Of a stretch of 61,711 bases of DNA, positions 40,991 through 49,733 are shown piece after piece. Each line of letters opens with the position of its first letter. The stretch's first letter is position 1. Below the pieces are notes generated by a model. It was not told where the DNA came from, searched no databases, and saw only the letters and a list, made by a program, of their open reading frames with translations. Source of the stretch: Candidatus Gorgyraea atricola (lineage in GTDB: Bacteria > Omnitrophota > Gorgyraeia > Gorgyraeales > Gorgyraeaceae); the NCBI GenBank assembly GCA_030765235.1, contig JAVCCW010000018.1:91465-153175 (forward strand). The letters are read 5' to 3'. The translations under genes and the position numbers were made by a program.

Positions 40991-42085
40991 TCATAATTTT
41001 TTAATTATCGCATCTGCCATCTGGCTAGTCCCTGCCGCCTTTGGATCGTTGCGATCTGGTTTTAAGTCGTATGTTACGTCTTTGCCCTCTGCTATTACAC
41101 TAGCTACTGCCCTCTCGAGCCTGTTAGCTGCGTCTATTTCGTTTAAATACCTGAGCATCAATACTCCTGAGAGTATTGTAGCAGCAGGATTTACTTTGTT
41201 TAAGCCAGCATACTTTGGCGCGCTGCCATGAACCGGCTCAAAAAGTGCTATACCATTTCCTATATTCCCACCTGCGGCTATGCCAAGTCCACCAACAAGC
41301 CCGGCGCACAGATCAGATAAAATATCACCGTATAGATTCGGGAGCACTAATACATCGTAAAGCTCTGGTTTCTGCACCAGCTGCATGCACATATTATCAA
41401 CGATCCTGTCTTCGAATTCTATTTTGCCCTCGTATTTCTTTGCCACCTCACGCGCCATCTTTAAAAACAGGCCGTCTGTCTCTTTCATGATGTTTGCCTT
41501 ATGAACTGCTGTTACTTTCTTTCTTTTATTCTTTACCGCGTAATCAAAGGCAAACTTTACTATCCTTTTTGACGCGCTGATAGATATCGGTTTTATCCCT
41601 ATCGCTGAATCCTGCTTGATCGTAGAGCCGCTTAATTTCTCGATCTGCTTCATTATCTCTTTTGTGCGTTTCATGCCCTCCGGAAACTCTATGCCTGCAT
41701 ATAAATCCTCGGTATTCTCCCTGACAACAACCAGATCAAGATCCGGATATCTACTCTTCACTCCTTTATAAAATTTGCACGGCCTAAGACAGGCATATAG
41801 ATCTAATGACATCCTTAGTTGAACATTTACAGACCTGAATCCCTTTCCAACAGGAGTCGTAATGGGCCCTTTTATCGCGACCTTGTTCTTTCTCACTGAA
41901 TCCAATACCTGGGTCGGCAGCACTGTGCCAAACTTCTTCATGGCCTCTGCGCCTGCGATTTGTTCTTCCCACTCTATCTTTACACCTGTTGCGTCAATGC
42001 ATCTTTTCGCAGCAAGACTTACTTCTCTTCCAATGCCATCGCCTGGTATCAATGTTACTCTATGTGACAATGTCCAGCCCTCCAT
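40991..42085 (-). CDS. icd: isocitrate dehydrogenase (beta-decarboxylating dehydrogenase family; homoisocitrate activity not excluded)
   Basis: [21 protein letters not shown] (the S-x-N isocitrate-binding pattern), [12 protein letters not shown] and NLYGDILSD. Confidence 0.78.
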   Translation of the reverse strand: MEGWTLSHRVTLIPGDGIGREVSLAAKRCIDATGVKIEWEEQIAGAEAMKKFGTVLPTQVLDSVRKNKVAIKGPITTPVGKGFRSVNVQLRMSLDLYACLRPCKFYKGVKSRYPDLDLVVVRENTEDLYAGIEFPEGMKRTKEIMKQIEKLSGSTIKQDSAIGIKPISISASKRIVKFAFDYAVKNKRKKVTAVHKANIMKETDGLFLKMAREVAKKYEGKIEFEDRIVDNMCMQLVQKPELYDVLVLPNLYGDILSDLCAGLVGGLGIAAGGNIGNGIALFEPVHGSAPKYAGLNKVNPAATILSGVLMLRYLNEIDAANRLERAVASVIAEGKDVTYDLKPDRNDPKAAGTSQMADAIIKKL

Positions 42086-42560
42086 GTTTTTTATAAAGAT
42101 TAATTATGCCGCCTTCCTTGATCAATGCTGTCTGGAACTTATTGAAAGGCTTTATCTCTAACTCGTATCCTTTATCAATGCTCCTAACCACTCCTTTTTT
42201 CAGATCTACCTCTATCATATCTTCATTTTTTATTTTATCAGTGTTGCATTCTATAAGAGGCAGGCCCAGATTAAACGCGTTTCTGTAAAATATCCTTGCA
42301 AAACTCTTTGCAAGCACTGCCTGGCCGCCAGCATATTTTATTGCAAGCGGTGCCTGTTCGCGGGACGAGCCGCACCCAAAATTCTTCCCAGCAACAGCAA
42401 AAAACGACTGGCCCTGTAAACTCTTATAGAAATCAGGATCTGCATCCTCAAAAACATGCCTTGCAAGTTCATTGGGATCCTGAATAGAAAACTTATACCT
42501 GCCTGAGATGATCAGGTCTGTATTTATGTCATTGCCAAATTTCCGCGCGATTGCTTTCAT
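42060..42560 (-). CDS. aconitase-superfamily dehydratase small subunit (LeuD/HacB-like)
   Basis: The 166-aa swivel-domain pattern is present ([24 protein letters not shown]). Confidence 0.78.
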   Translation of the reverse strand: MKAIARKFGNDINTDLIISGRYKFSIQDPNELARHVFEDADPDFYKSLQGQSFFAVAGKNFGCGSSREQAPLAIKYAGGQAVLAKSFARIFYRNAFNLGLPLIECNTDKIKNEDMIEVDLKKGVVRSIDKGYELEIKPFNKFQTALIKEGGIINLYKKHGGLDIVT

Positions 42561-42562
42561 TT

Positions 42563-43612
42563 TTAAAGATTCCTTACTTCGTCCGGATTTTTCATGTATG
42601 TCTTAAAGGTCTGTTCGCTTATCATGCCTCTTTGAAACAATATCTTGAGAGACTTATCCATGGTATGCATGCCATATTGAAATCCTGTCTGGATATGCGT
42701 CAAGAGCTGCTCAGTCTCATGTTCGCGGATCAGGTTTCTTATTGCAGGGGTTGCTACCATTATCTCTGTAGAAAGAGTCCGGCCAGCCTTATCGCTCCTG
42801 GGTAAAAGCTGCTGCGATACAACTGCCTGCAAAGTGCTTGCCAGCTGGATCTTGACCTGCTGCTGCTGGTAAGGAGGAAAAACATCTATGACCCTGTCTA
42901 TTGTCTGCGAGGCATCTGGCGTATGAAGCGTTGCCAGGACTAAATGACCTGTTTCTGCTGCAGTGAGTGCCGTGGAAATCGTCTCCAGATCTCTCAATTC
43001 TCCGACGACTATTACATCAGGGTCTTGTCTTAACGCATGTGTCAATGCTTTAGCAAATGAACGCGTGTCTGAATGCACTTCTCTCTGTTTCACGATACAG
43101 CGTCTATTGCTATGCACAAACTCTATTGGATCTTCTATGACAATAATTATGCCTTGTCTTTCGTTATTTATAAAATCTACCATTGCCGCAAGTGTAGTAG
43201 TCTTTCCAACGCCTGTAGGTCCTGTAATAAGTACAAGGCCCTGTGTTTTTCTGCAAAATTCCTCTATGACACCAGGCAAACTCAATTCCTGAATGCTCTT
43301 TACCCGCAAAGAGACCAGCCTAAACGCAGCCTCAACATTTCCCCTCTGCATATGAGCGTTGACCCTAAATCTATGCAACCCTGGTATCTCTAAAGAAAAA
43401 TCCAGCTCCAGGTCTCTTTCAAAAGTAGCCTTTTGCTTGTCATTTAATGCGCTATACACCAGGCGCTTGCAATCTTCCCGACTCAATACAGGAAAATCAG
43501 AGAGCGGTATAAGACGGCCATCTATCCTCACTACAGGAACTGACCCCACAGTAACATGAAGATCTGATGCCTTTTTCTCACTCGCTACCTTTAATAATGT
43601 CCTGAGGTCCAT
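42563..43612 (-). CDS. pilT: twitching motility ATPase PilT
   Basis: It has Walker A GPTGVGKTTT, Asp and His boxes, and the PilT-specific AIRNLIRE motif. Confidence 0.9.
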   Translation of the reverse strand: MDLRTLLKVASEKKASDLHVTVGSVPVVRIDGRLIPLSDFPVLSREDCKRLVYSALNDKQKATFERDLELDFSLEIPGLHRFRVNAHMQRGNVEAAFRLVSLRVKSIQELSLPGVIEEFCRKTQGLVLITGPTGVGKTTTLAAMVDFINNERQGIIIVIEDPIEFVHSNRRCIVKQREVHSDTRSFAKALTHALRQDPDVIVVGELRDLETISTALTAAETGHLVLATLHTPDASQTIDRVIDVFPPYQQQQVKIQLASTLQAVVSQQLLPRSDKAGRTLSTEIMVATPAIRNLIREHETEQLLTHIQTGFQYGMHTMDKSLKILFQRGMISEQTFKTYMKNPDEVRNL

Positions 43613-43651
43613 TTTTTATCTCCTTAGGTATTCAAAATTCGTCTATCGTTT

Positions 43652-43742
43652 ATCGGTTGCGTAGTTCGAATCGTTGATCGTTATACGGTTGCGTTTTTAC
43701 GATACACGAACAACGATTGCCGTAACGAGTTACGCAACCGAT
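43652..43742. mobile_element. MITE-like element with CGGTTGCGTA terminal inverted repeats, copy 1
   Basis: atcggttgcgta (43652-43663) and tacgcaaccgat (43731-43742) are perfect 12-bp inverted repeats. There is an extra internal tacggttgcgt. It shares a 22-mer with the copy at 61081-61102, in inverted orientation. Confidence 0.6.
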
Positions 43743-45007
43743 CAACGTATAACGAATCTTCTCGGGTCTGTGATTTTTCCTTTAATCGCCGACGCTGCAA
43801 CTGTTGCAGGCGAGGCAAGATATATAAACGCGTCAGGATTGCCCATCCTGCCCTTAAAATTCCTATTCGCTGTTGAGATAACCTTTTCTCCTTTTGATGG
43901 TACTCCATTATGTGTTCCCACGCACGGACCGCATCCAGGCGCAACCACGCACGCGCCTGAAGCAACAAAATCTGAGATAATACCCTTTTTCATTGCCTGC
44001 TTAAATATGGTACTGGAGGCAGGGGCTATTATCATCTTTACATCTTTATGCACGCGCCTTCCTTTAAGAATCGAAACTGCTATTTTCAAATCCTCTAATC
44101 TCCCGTTCGTGCACGTGCCCAAAAATGCCTGATCTATTTTTGTATTCTTTATTTTACTGATAGGTGCAACATTGTCAACTGTATGCGGCTTAGCCACCTG
44201 CGGCGCAATCTTACTAACATCATACTCAATAACCTCAGCATACCTCGCATCTTTATCACTCCTTGTCCCTTGCCCCTTGTTGCTTGTCCCTATAGCTTTA
44301 AGATATCTATACGTCGTCGCATCCGGCTCCATAAGCCCTGCCTTAGCGCCCATCTCAATAGCCATATTAGAAATCGTAAATCTCGCGTCCATGCTGAGTC
44401 TCTTTATGTAATCGCCTGTAAACTCAACTGCCTTATATGTGCAATAACCTGCTCCCAGATCTCCGATTATATACAAGATCACATCTTTGGAATAAACTCC
44501 CTTTTTTGTCTTGCCCTTTAAAATGATCTTAACTGTCTCTGGTATCTTAAACCAATTCTTACCAGAGGCTATTGCTACAGCCAGATCAGTCGAGCCCATT
44601 CCTGTTGAGAACGCGCCCAGCGCGCCATAGGTGCATGTGTGCGAATCAGCGCCTACAACAAGGTCCCCAGGTCCAACAAGCCCTGACTCTGGTATGACCT
44701 GATGACAAACTCCGCACCCTATATCAAACATCTTCACATTCTGTTCCTGCGAAAATTCGCGCATCTTTTTATGGATCTCTGAAACCCCTATATTCGGACT
44801 AGGCGCACTATGATCAATGACCATGCAAAATTTTTTCTTATCAAATACCTTTTTGGCGCCCAATTTTTTAAATGAATCTATAATAAGACTGCTCGTGCCA
44901 TCCTGACCAAAACAGAAATCTACCTTACAGAGGACAGTGTCTCCAGGCCTTACATCCTTATTGCAGTGTGATTTAAATATTTTTTCGGTTATTGTCTTCC
45001 CAGGCAT
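43742..45007 (-). CDS. aconitase-superfamily dehydratase large subunit (LeuC/HacA-like)
   Basis: The 421-aa ORF has Fe-S cluster Cys ligand regions (VGADSHTCTYGALG, GTCTNGR, PGCGPCVG). It carries an in-frame GGGACAAG-type repeat (NKGQGTRSDK). Confidence 0.8.
   Translation of the reverse strand: MPGKTITEKIFKSHCNKDVRPGDTVLCKVDFCFGQDGTSSLIIDSFKKLGAKKVFDKKKFCMVIDHSAPSPNIGVSEIHKKMREFSQEQNVKMFDIGCGVCHQVIPESGLVGPGDLVVGADSHTCTYGALGAFSTGMGSTDLAVAIASGKNWFKIPETVKIILKGKTKKGVYSKDVILYIIGDLGAGYCTYKAVEFTGDYIKRLSMDARFTISNMAIEMGAKAGLMEPDATTYRYLKAIGTSNKGQGTRSDKDARYAEVIEYDVSKIAPQVAKPHTVDNVAPISKIKNTKIDQAFLGTCTNGRLEDLKIAVSILKGRRVHKDVKMIIAPASSTIFKQAMKKGIISDFVASGACVVAPGCGPCVGTHNGVPSKGEKVISTANRNFKGRMGNPDAFIYLASPATVAASAIKGKITDPRRFVIR
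44261..44291 (-). repeat. GGGACAAG-type repeat in frame in the dehydratase large subunit
   Basis: The plus strand ccttgtcccttgccccttgttgcttgtccct encodes NKGQGTRSDK. Confidence 0.75.
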
Positions 45008-45008
45008 G

Positions 45009-46175
45009 CTAATTCTTTCTAAACCAGCCTTCTATCCTGTCCATTCCTTTTTCAATATTTCCCATGCTCGTCGCAAAACTTAGACGGACATGCCTATCTG
45101 AACCAAATGCCTTACCTGGGACCAGAGCGACCCTGGCCTCTTCCAAAAGCCTTTGGCTGAGATCCATGCTCGAAAGATTCTCTTTTTCTATCCTGCAAAA
45201 TACATAAAATGCGCCTTCTGGTTTCACGCAAGAAAGTCCATCTACAGCATTTATCCTCTTAACGATATAATCCCTGCGCTTCTCGAATTCCGCGACCATG
45301 GCATTTACCTCAGAATCGCTTCCTTTAATAGCCTCGAGCGCTGCGATCTGGCTTATAGAAGTAGGATTTGATGTGGAATGACTCTGTAGATTTTTTATGC
45401 TGGACACTGCTTCTTCATTGACTGACGCGATGTAACCGATCCTCCAGCCTGTCATTGAAAAACTCTTTGAAACGCCATTGACCACTATGGTATTTTTAAA
45501 AAGCTCTTTGCCAAGGCTGGCAATAGAGACGTGTTTCTTGCCGTCAAACATGATCTTCTCGTAAATCTCGTCGCTGATTATAGTGATATTGTTACTCGCG
45601 GCGATCTCGCCTATCTCTTTTAATTCCTTCTCACTATAAACACACCCTGTGGGATTTGAAGGGCTGTTTATTATAAGGGCCTTTGTTTTTTTGCTGATCG
45701 CCTTTTTCAGGTCATTGGCCTGGATCTTAAAATTTGTTTTTTCGTCAGTATCTATAAAAACAGGGCTCGCCTCAGCCAATTTTGCCATCTCAGGATAGCT
45801 CAGCCAATAAGGGGCAGGGATCATGACCTCATCACCCCTGTCGCATATCACCTGGATAATATTGTAAATGGAATGTTTTGCCCCGCAGGAAATTACTATC
45901 TGGGAAGGATCATACGAAAGGCCATTATCCTTTTGAAACTTCTCGCATATTGCCTTTTTTAGGACGTCTATTCCTGAGGCAGGTGTGTACTTTGTGAAAC
46001 CGCCGTGGATTGCTTTTATAGCAGCGTCTTTTATATGATTAGGTGTGTCAAAATCAGGTTCGCCTGAACCAAAACCAATTACATCGATGCCCTGTGCCTT
46101 CATCTTCTTGGCCTTGGCTGTAATAGCAAGTGTCAGTGAAGCGCTGACATTTTTTACACGGGCAGAAAGCTTCAT
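45009..46175 (-). CDS. class I pyridoxal-phosphate-dependent aminotransferase (aspartate aminotransferase-like)
   Basis: It has the NPTG motif and the PLP-lysine region VNGVSKSFSMTGWRIGY. Confidence 0.85.
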   Translation of the reverse strand: MKLSARVKNVSASLTLAITAKAKKMKAQGIDVIGFGSGEPDFDTPNHIKDAAIKAIHGGFTKYTPASGIDVLKKAICEKFQKDNGLSYDPSQIVISCGAKHSIYNIIQVICDRGDEVMIPAPYWLSYPEMAKLAEASPVFIDTDEKTNFKIQANDLKKAISKKTKALIINSPSNPTGCVYSEKELKEIGEIAASNNITIISDEIYEKIMFDGKKHVSIASLGKELFKNTIVVNGVSKSFSMTGWRIGYIASVNEEAVSSIKNLQSHSTSNPTSISQIAALEAIKGSDSEVNAMVAEFEKRRDYIVKRINAVDGLSCVKPEGAFYVFCRIEKENLSSMDLSQRLLEEARVALVPGKAFGSDRHVRLSFATSMGNIEKGMDRIEGWFRKN

Positions 46176-46789
46176 TATCCCTCTTTTTTGCGGCCGAATA
46201 ACTTCTTAAAAAATCCGGGCTTTGGCTTCTCCCCTTTTGGTTTCTCAGGCTCTTTTACGGGCTTCGGTGCTGGTGACGACGGCGGTTCAGGCTTAGGCTT
46301 AACTGCCTTCTTGGGTTCTTCCTTTTTTATTGGCTCTTCTTTTTTAAGAGGTTTTTTTGGTTTTGCCTCTGGTTGAGGCGCTGCCTCGACCTTTTTCTTT
46401 TTCTTATCCTCTTTCTTAGGCTCTTCTACCTTTGGTTTCTCAACGAATTCCAGTATTGCCATCTGGGCATTATCTCCTGCTCTTTTGCCAGTCAGCATCA
46501 CCCTGGTATAGCCGCCATTGCGCTCTTTAAATAAAGGCGCGATCTGATTGAATAGCTCTGATACCAGATCTCTATCGCGCAAAATAGCATAGGCATTTCT
46601 GCGACTAGCCACGGTATTCTTTTTAGCAGTAGTAACGAGTTTCTCGGCAAGCCTGGAGGTCTCTTTTGCCTTAACCTTGGTAGTCTTTATGCTTTTATTT
46701 ATGATAAGGCCTGTCACTAAATGGCGCATTGTCGCCTTATAGTGACTGCGCTGCCTGCCTAATCTTACAGTGTGCTTGTGATGTCTCAT
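46175..46789 (-). CDS. rplQ: 50S ribosomal protein L17 with ~85-aa K/E/P-rich C-terminal extension
   Basis: MRHHKHTVRLGRQRSHYKATMRHL... is the bL17 core. It follows rpoA. Confidence 0.92.
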   Translation of the reverse strand: MRHHKHTVRLGRQRSHYKATMRHLVTGLIINKSIKTTKVKAKETSRLAEKLVTTAKKNTVASRRNAYAILRDRDLVSELFNQIAPLFKERNGGYTRVMLTGKRAGDNAQMAILEFVEKPKVEEPKKEDKKKKKVEAAPQPEAKPKKPLKKEEPIKKEEPKKAVKPKPEPPSSPAPKPVKEPEKPKGEKPKPGFFKKLFGRKKEG

Positions 46790-47778
46790 TTTGAACCCTT
46801 TTTCTTCGCCTCTTTAGGAATGTCCATGCCAAAACCCAGCCCCATAGTTTTTAATATCTCTTTTATCTCAGTGAGGGACTTTTTTCCGAAATTCCTATAC
46901 TGCAGCATGTCCTGTTCTGTTTTCTTGACTAGCTCACCTATAGTCTTTATGCGAGCTTCTCTCAGGCAGTTACCGCTTCTTACAGAAAGCTCCATTTCTG
47001 AAACAGGCAGCTTCACCTTCTTTAATAATTCCTGATCCTCTTTGCTCTCCTCTTCCTTGTCCTCTTCGACCTCGACTTCTCCGAGTTTAGAAAATACATC
47101 GAGATGCCGCTGTAATATATGAGAAGAGTAAAGAAGTGCCTCTTTAGGATCCACACTGCCATTAGTCCATATCTCCAGTATCAGCTTATCGTAATCCGTG
47201 ATCTGCCCGACCCTGGAATCATCAACATGAAAATCTACCCGCCTGACAGGCGCAAACACAGAATCCATTGGTATTACACCTATGGCCTGGCCCTCTTTCT
47301 TGTTTCTTTCAGAAGGCACATAACCGCGGCCCTTGCCTATCTCCAGTTCCATATTAAAGGTCGTGTTCTTTGTAAGTGTGGCTATGTGGAGATCGGAATT
47401 TATTATCTCAACAGTATCATCTGTTATGATCTTTTCTGCTGTGACCTCGCCTTTTTTTGAGGCCTTTAGACGCAGCACCTTCGGTGTCCTGGAATGCGAC
47501 CTCAGGACCAGCTGCTTTAGATTCAATATGATCTGCGGTACATCTTCCTGCACCCCTGGTATTGTAGAAAATTCATGCAGTACGCCGTCTATCTTCACAG
47601 ACGTAACAGCAGCTCCTTCAATAGAGGATATCAGGATGCGTCTTAGAGAATTGCCTATTGTTGCTCCAAATCCACGCTCGAATGGCTCAGCTGCAAATTT
47701 TCCATAAAACTGCGTGTAGCTCTTCTCATCCTGCGATAACTTCTTAGGCATTTCAAAGGTTTTCCAGCTTATACCCAT
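46786..47778 (-). CDS. rpoA: DNA-directed RNA polymerase subunit alpha
   Basis: Alpha NTD and CTD patterns are present (FERGFGATIGNSLRR, LSVRSGNCL). The ATG at 47778 is preceded by AAAGGAGGAG, and the track ORF start at 47805 lies inside the repeat block. Confidence 0.92.
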   Translation of the reverse strand: MGISWKTFEMPKKLSQDEKSYTQFYGKFAAEPFERGFGATIGNSLRRILISSIEGAAVTSVKIDGVLHEFSTIPGVQEDVPQIILNLKQLVLRSHSRTPKVLRLKASKKGEVTAEKIITDDTVEIINSDLHIATLTKNTTFNMELEIGKGRGYVPSERNKKEGQAIGVIPMDSVFAPVRRVDFHVDDSRVGQITDYDKLILEIWTNGSVDPKEALLYSSHILQRHLDVFSKLGEVEVEEDKEEESKEDQELLKKVKLPVSEMELSVRSGNCLREARIKTIGELVKKTEQDMLQYRNFGKKSLTEIKEILKTMGLGFGMDIPKEAKKKGSK

Positions 47779-47803
47779 TACTCCTCCTTTTATAAAGTAA
47801 TCC

Positions 47804-47859
47804 AAACTCTAAATCCCAAACTCTAAATCCTAAACTCTAAATCCTAAACTCTAAATCCT
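47804..47859. repeat. four tandem copies of a 14-mer (aaactctaaatcc[c/t])
   Basis: The copies lie at 47804, 47818, 47832 and 47846, in the rpsD-rpoA spacer. Confidence 0.9.
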
Positions 47860-47951
47860 AAACAAACTCAAAACTCCAAATCCCAAACTATACTGTTTTG
47901 AGTTTGTGATTTTGGGTTTTGGATTTGTTTAGAGTTTCGTGTTTAGAGTTT
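47860..47951. repeat. inverted-repeat block related to the 14-mer array
   Basis: acaaactcaaaac (47862-47874) pairs perfectly with gttttgagtttgt (47895-47907). Further tttgggttttgga and tttagagttt segments are complementary to the upstream array. Confidence 0.75.
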
Positions 47952-48581
47952 TTATTTTGAATATAACTCTACAATAAGTTGTTCCTTTATATCCATTCCA
48001 ACGTCGCCTCTGCCAGGAAGACGCGCGATGTCTACCTTAAGGGCCTGCACGTCCTGCTTTAACCAATCAGGCACGCCTCTATCCTTTACCTTCTCAAGTG
48101 TCTCCTTTGTGTTTTTGACGATTTTATCTTTTGGCTTTAGCTGTATGGCATCACCTGTCTTAATAGAATACGAAGGTATATTTACCTTTCTATTGTTGAC
48201 GCGGACCAGTCCATGCATTACCATTTGTCTTGCATGAGCCCTTGACACAGCAAAGCACGAACGAAATATTACATTATCGAGGCGCGTCTCCAGTAACTGC
48301 AATAACTTTTCGCCGGTTACGCCCTTTGACTTTGCTGCGATTTTGAAATACTTACTAAACTGCCTCTCCAATACGCCGTAAATCTTTTTTACCTTTTGCT
48401 TTTCTCTTAACTGCAGGCCATAGTTGGACATCTTAAAGCGCCTGCCTTTTCCATGCTGGCCTGGCGCATAGCTACGCCTGTCAAATGCGCACTTATCTGA
48501 GTAACATCTGATGCCTTTTAGAAAAAGCTTTTCTCCCTCGCGCCTGCAAACCCTGCATGATGAACCTGTGTACCTTGCCAT
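47952..48581 (-). CDS. rpsD: 30S ribosomal protein S4
   Basis: [23 protein letters not shown]... matches uS4. The ATG at 48581 lies 10 nt after the rpsK stop, and the longer track ORF is an extension into rpsK. Confidence 0.92.
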   Translation of the reverse strand: MARYTGSSCRVCRREGEKLFLKGIRCYSDKCAFDRRSYAPGQHGKGRRFKMSNYGLQLREKQKVKKIYGVLERQFSKYFKIAAKSKGVTGEKLLQLLETRLDNVIFRSCFAVSRAHARQMVMHGLVRVNNRKVNIPSYSIKTGDAIQLKPKDKIVKNTKETLEKVKDRGVPDWLKQDVQALKVDIARLPGRGDVGMDIKEQLIVELYSK

Positions 48582-48591
48582 TCTTTCTCCT

Positions 48592-48981
48592 TTATACTCT
48601 CCTACGTTTCGGTGGCCTACATCCGTTGTGCGGAATAGGCGTGACATCTCTTATAGCGCTTACACGCAATCCTGCTGCCTGTATCGCCCTGATAGCAGCT
48701 TCCCTGCCAGAACCAGGGCCCTTAACAAAGACCTCTACGTCTTTAAGTCCGCGCTCAAGTGCCTTTTTTGCAGCATTGCTGGCAGTGATCTGCGCAGCAA
48801 ACGGCGTCGACTTCTTTGAGCCCTTAAATCCAGCGGAACCGCAACTTGACCACACAATAGTATTGCCATTCCTGTCAGCTATTGTCACGATCGTGTTATT
48901 AAAAGTAGCTAGGACATGCGCTATGCCACTAGTAATATTTTTCAATGCCTTTTTCTTCGTCGTCTTCTTTTTCTCAGCCAT
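48592..48981 (-). CDS. rpsK: 30S ribosomal protein S11
   Basis: [22 protein letters not shown]...[13 protein letters not shown] matches uS11. Confidence 0.93.
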   Translation of the reverse strand: MAEKKKTTKKKALKNITSGIAHVLATFNNTIVTIADRNGNTIVWSSCGSAGFKGSKKSTPFAAQITASNAAKKALERGLKDVEVFVKGPGSGREAAIRAIQAAGLRVSAIRDVTPIPHNGCRPPKRRRV

Positions 48982-48983
48982 TT

Positions 48984-49382
48984 TTATTCTCCTGCTGGGG
49001 CCCCTTGAACCTTACTTTTTCTCGTTACGCCCACTGTTTTTCTTGGACCTTTTCTTGTTCTTGCATTCGTCTTTGTCCTCTGTCCCCTGACAGGCAAAGA
49101 CCTTCTGTGCCTGAAGCCTCTATAAGAACCAATGTCTATAAGACGCTTTATGTTCTGAGAATTATCTCTTCTCAGGTCACCTTCCACCTTGCATTCCTTC
49201 TGTATGATCGCCGCGATCTTAGAAACATCTTCTTCCTTAAGATCCTTTGCCCTTATGTCAGGACTTACACCTGCAGCCTTTAATATCTTTTGCGAAGAAC
49301 GAAGTCCTATACCATAAATATAGGTAAGCGCCACTTCGATCCTTTTCTCTTTCGGTAGATCTATACCTGAAATCCTAGCCAT
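48984..49382 (-). CDS. rpsM: 30S ribosomal protein S13
   Basis: [26 protein letters not shown]... matches uS13. Confidence 0.93.
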   Translation of the reverse strand: MARISGIDLPKEKRIEVALTYIYGIGLRSSQKILKAAGVSPDIRAKDLKEEDVSKIAAIIQKECKVEGDLRRDNSQNIKRLIDIGSYRGFRHRRSLPVRGQRTKTNARTRKGPRKTVGVTRKSKVQGAPAGE

Positions 49383-49383
49383 A

Positions 49384-49497
49384 TTATCCCTGCCTCTGTT
49401 TGTGCTTCGGGTTTGTGCAAATAACCCGTATTATGCGTTTGCGTTTTATGATCTTACACTTGTCGCATATTAGTTTCACTGATGGTTTCACTTTCAT
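49384..49497 (-). CDS. rpmJ: 50S ribosomal protein L36
   Basis: My own translation gives [37 protein letters not shown]. The ORF lies between infA and rpsM and is below the track length cutoff. Confidence 0.9.
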   Translation of the reverse strand: MKVKPSVKLICDKCKIIKRKRIIRVICTNPKHKQRQG

Positions 49498-49511
49498 CTC
49501 GATCTCCTAAT

Positions 49512-49730
49512 CTATTTAGACCTATATGTAATCCTGCCTCGCGTCAGATCATAAGGCGAGAGTTCCATCTTCACCTTATCACCTGGCAGGATCTTTATAA
49601 AATACATCCTCATCTTGCCAGAAACATGGGCAAGCACCTTGTGCCCATTCTCTAACTCAACGCGAAACATGGCGTTGGGCAATGCCTCGAGAACTGTACC
49701 TTCTACTTCAATAGCTTCTTCTTTTGCCAT
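49512..49730 (-). CDS. infA: translation initiation factor IF-1
   Basis: [41 protein letters not shown]... matches IF-1. Confidence 0.93.
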   Translation of the reverse strand: MAKEEAIEVEGTVLEALPNAMFRVELENGHKVLAHVSGKMRMYFIKILPGDKVKMELSPYDLTRGRITYRSK

Positions 49731-49733
49731 TTT

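Noticed and set aside
42060-45007. Annotating the split dehydratase as leuC/leuD of leucine biosynthesis
   Set aside because: There is no leuA or leuB context. The adjacent dehydrogenase has the isocitrate-type S-x-N substrate motif and is followed by mdh. Subfamily assignment (IPMI, homoaconitase or aconitase-like) needs phylogeny, so I left the gene symbols empty.
47804-47951. Possible CRISPR array (the tandem 14-mers, and the recurring GGGACAAG or GCCGAGG repeats)
   Set aside because: The repeats are only 8-14 nt and directly abutting, or are dispersed singly. There are no unique spacers of regular length, several copies are inside CDSs, and no cas genes are present.
48582-48647. N-terminal extensions of track ORFs for rpsD, rplV, rplS, rpoA, coaE, rnhB, the bactofilin protein, the second ATPase and the hypothetical membrane protein (37635-38141)
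   Set aside because: The extensions run into the upstream gene, and some begin with GTG or TTG. They also precede an internal ATG that carries a proper RBS and the canonical protein N-terminus, so I chose the internal starts.
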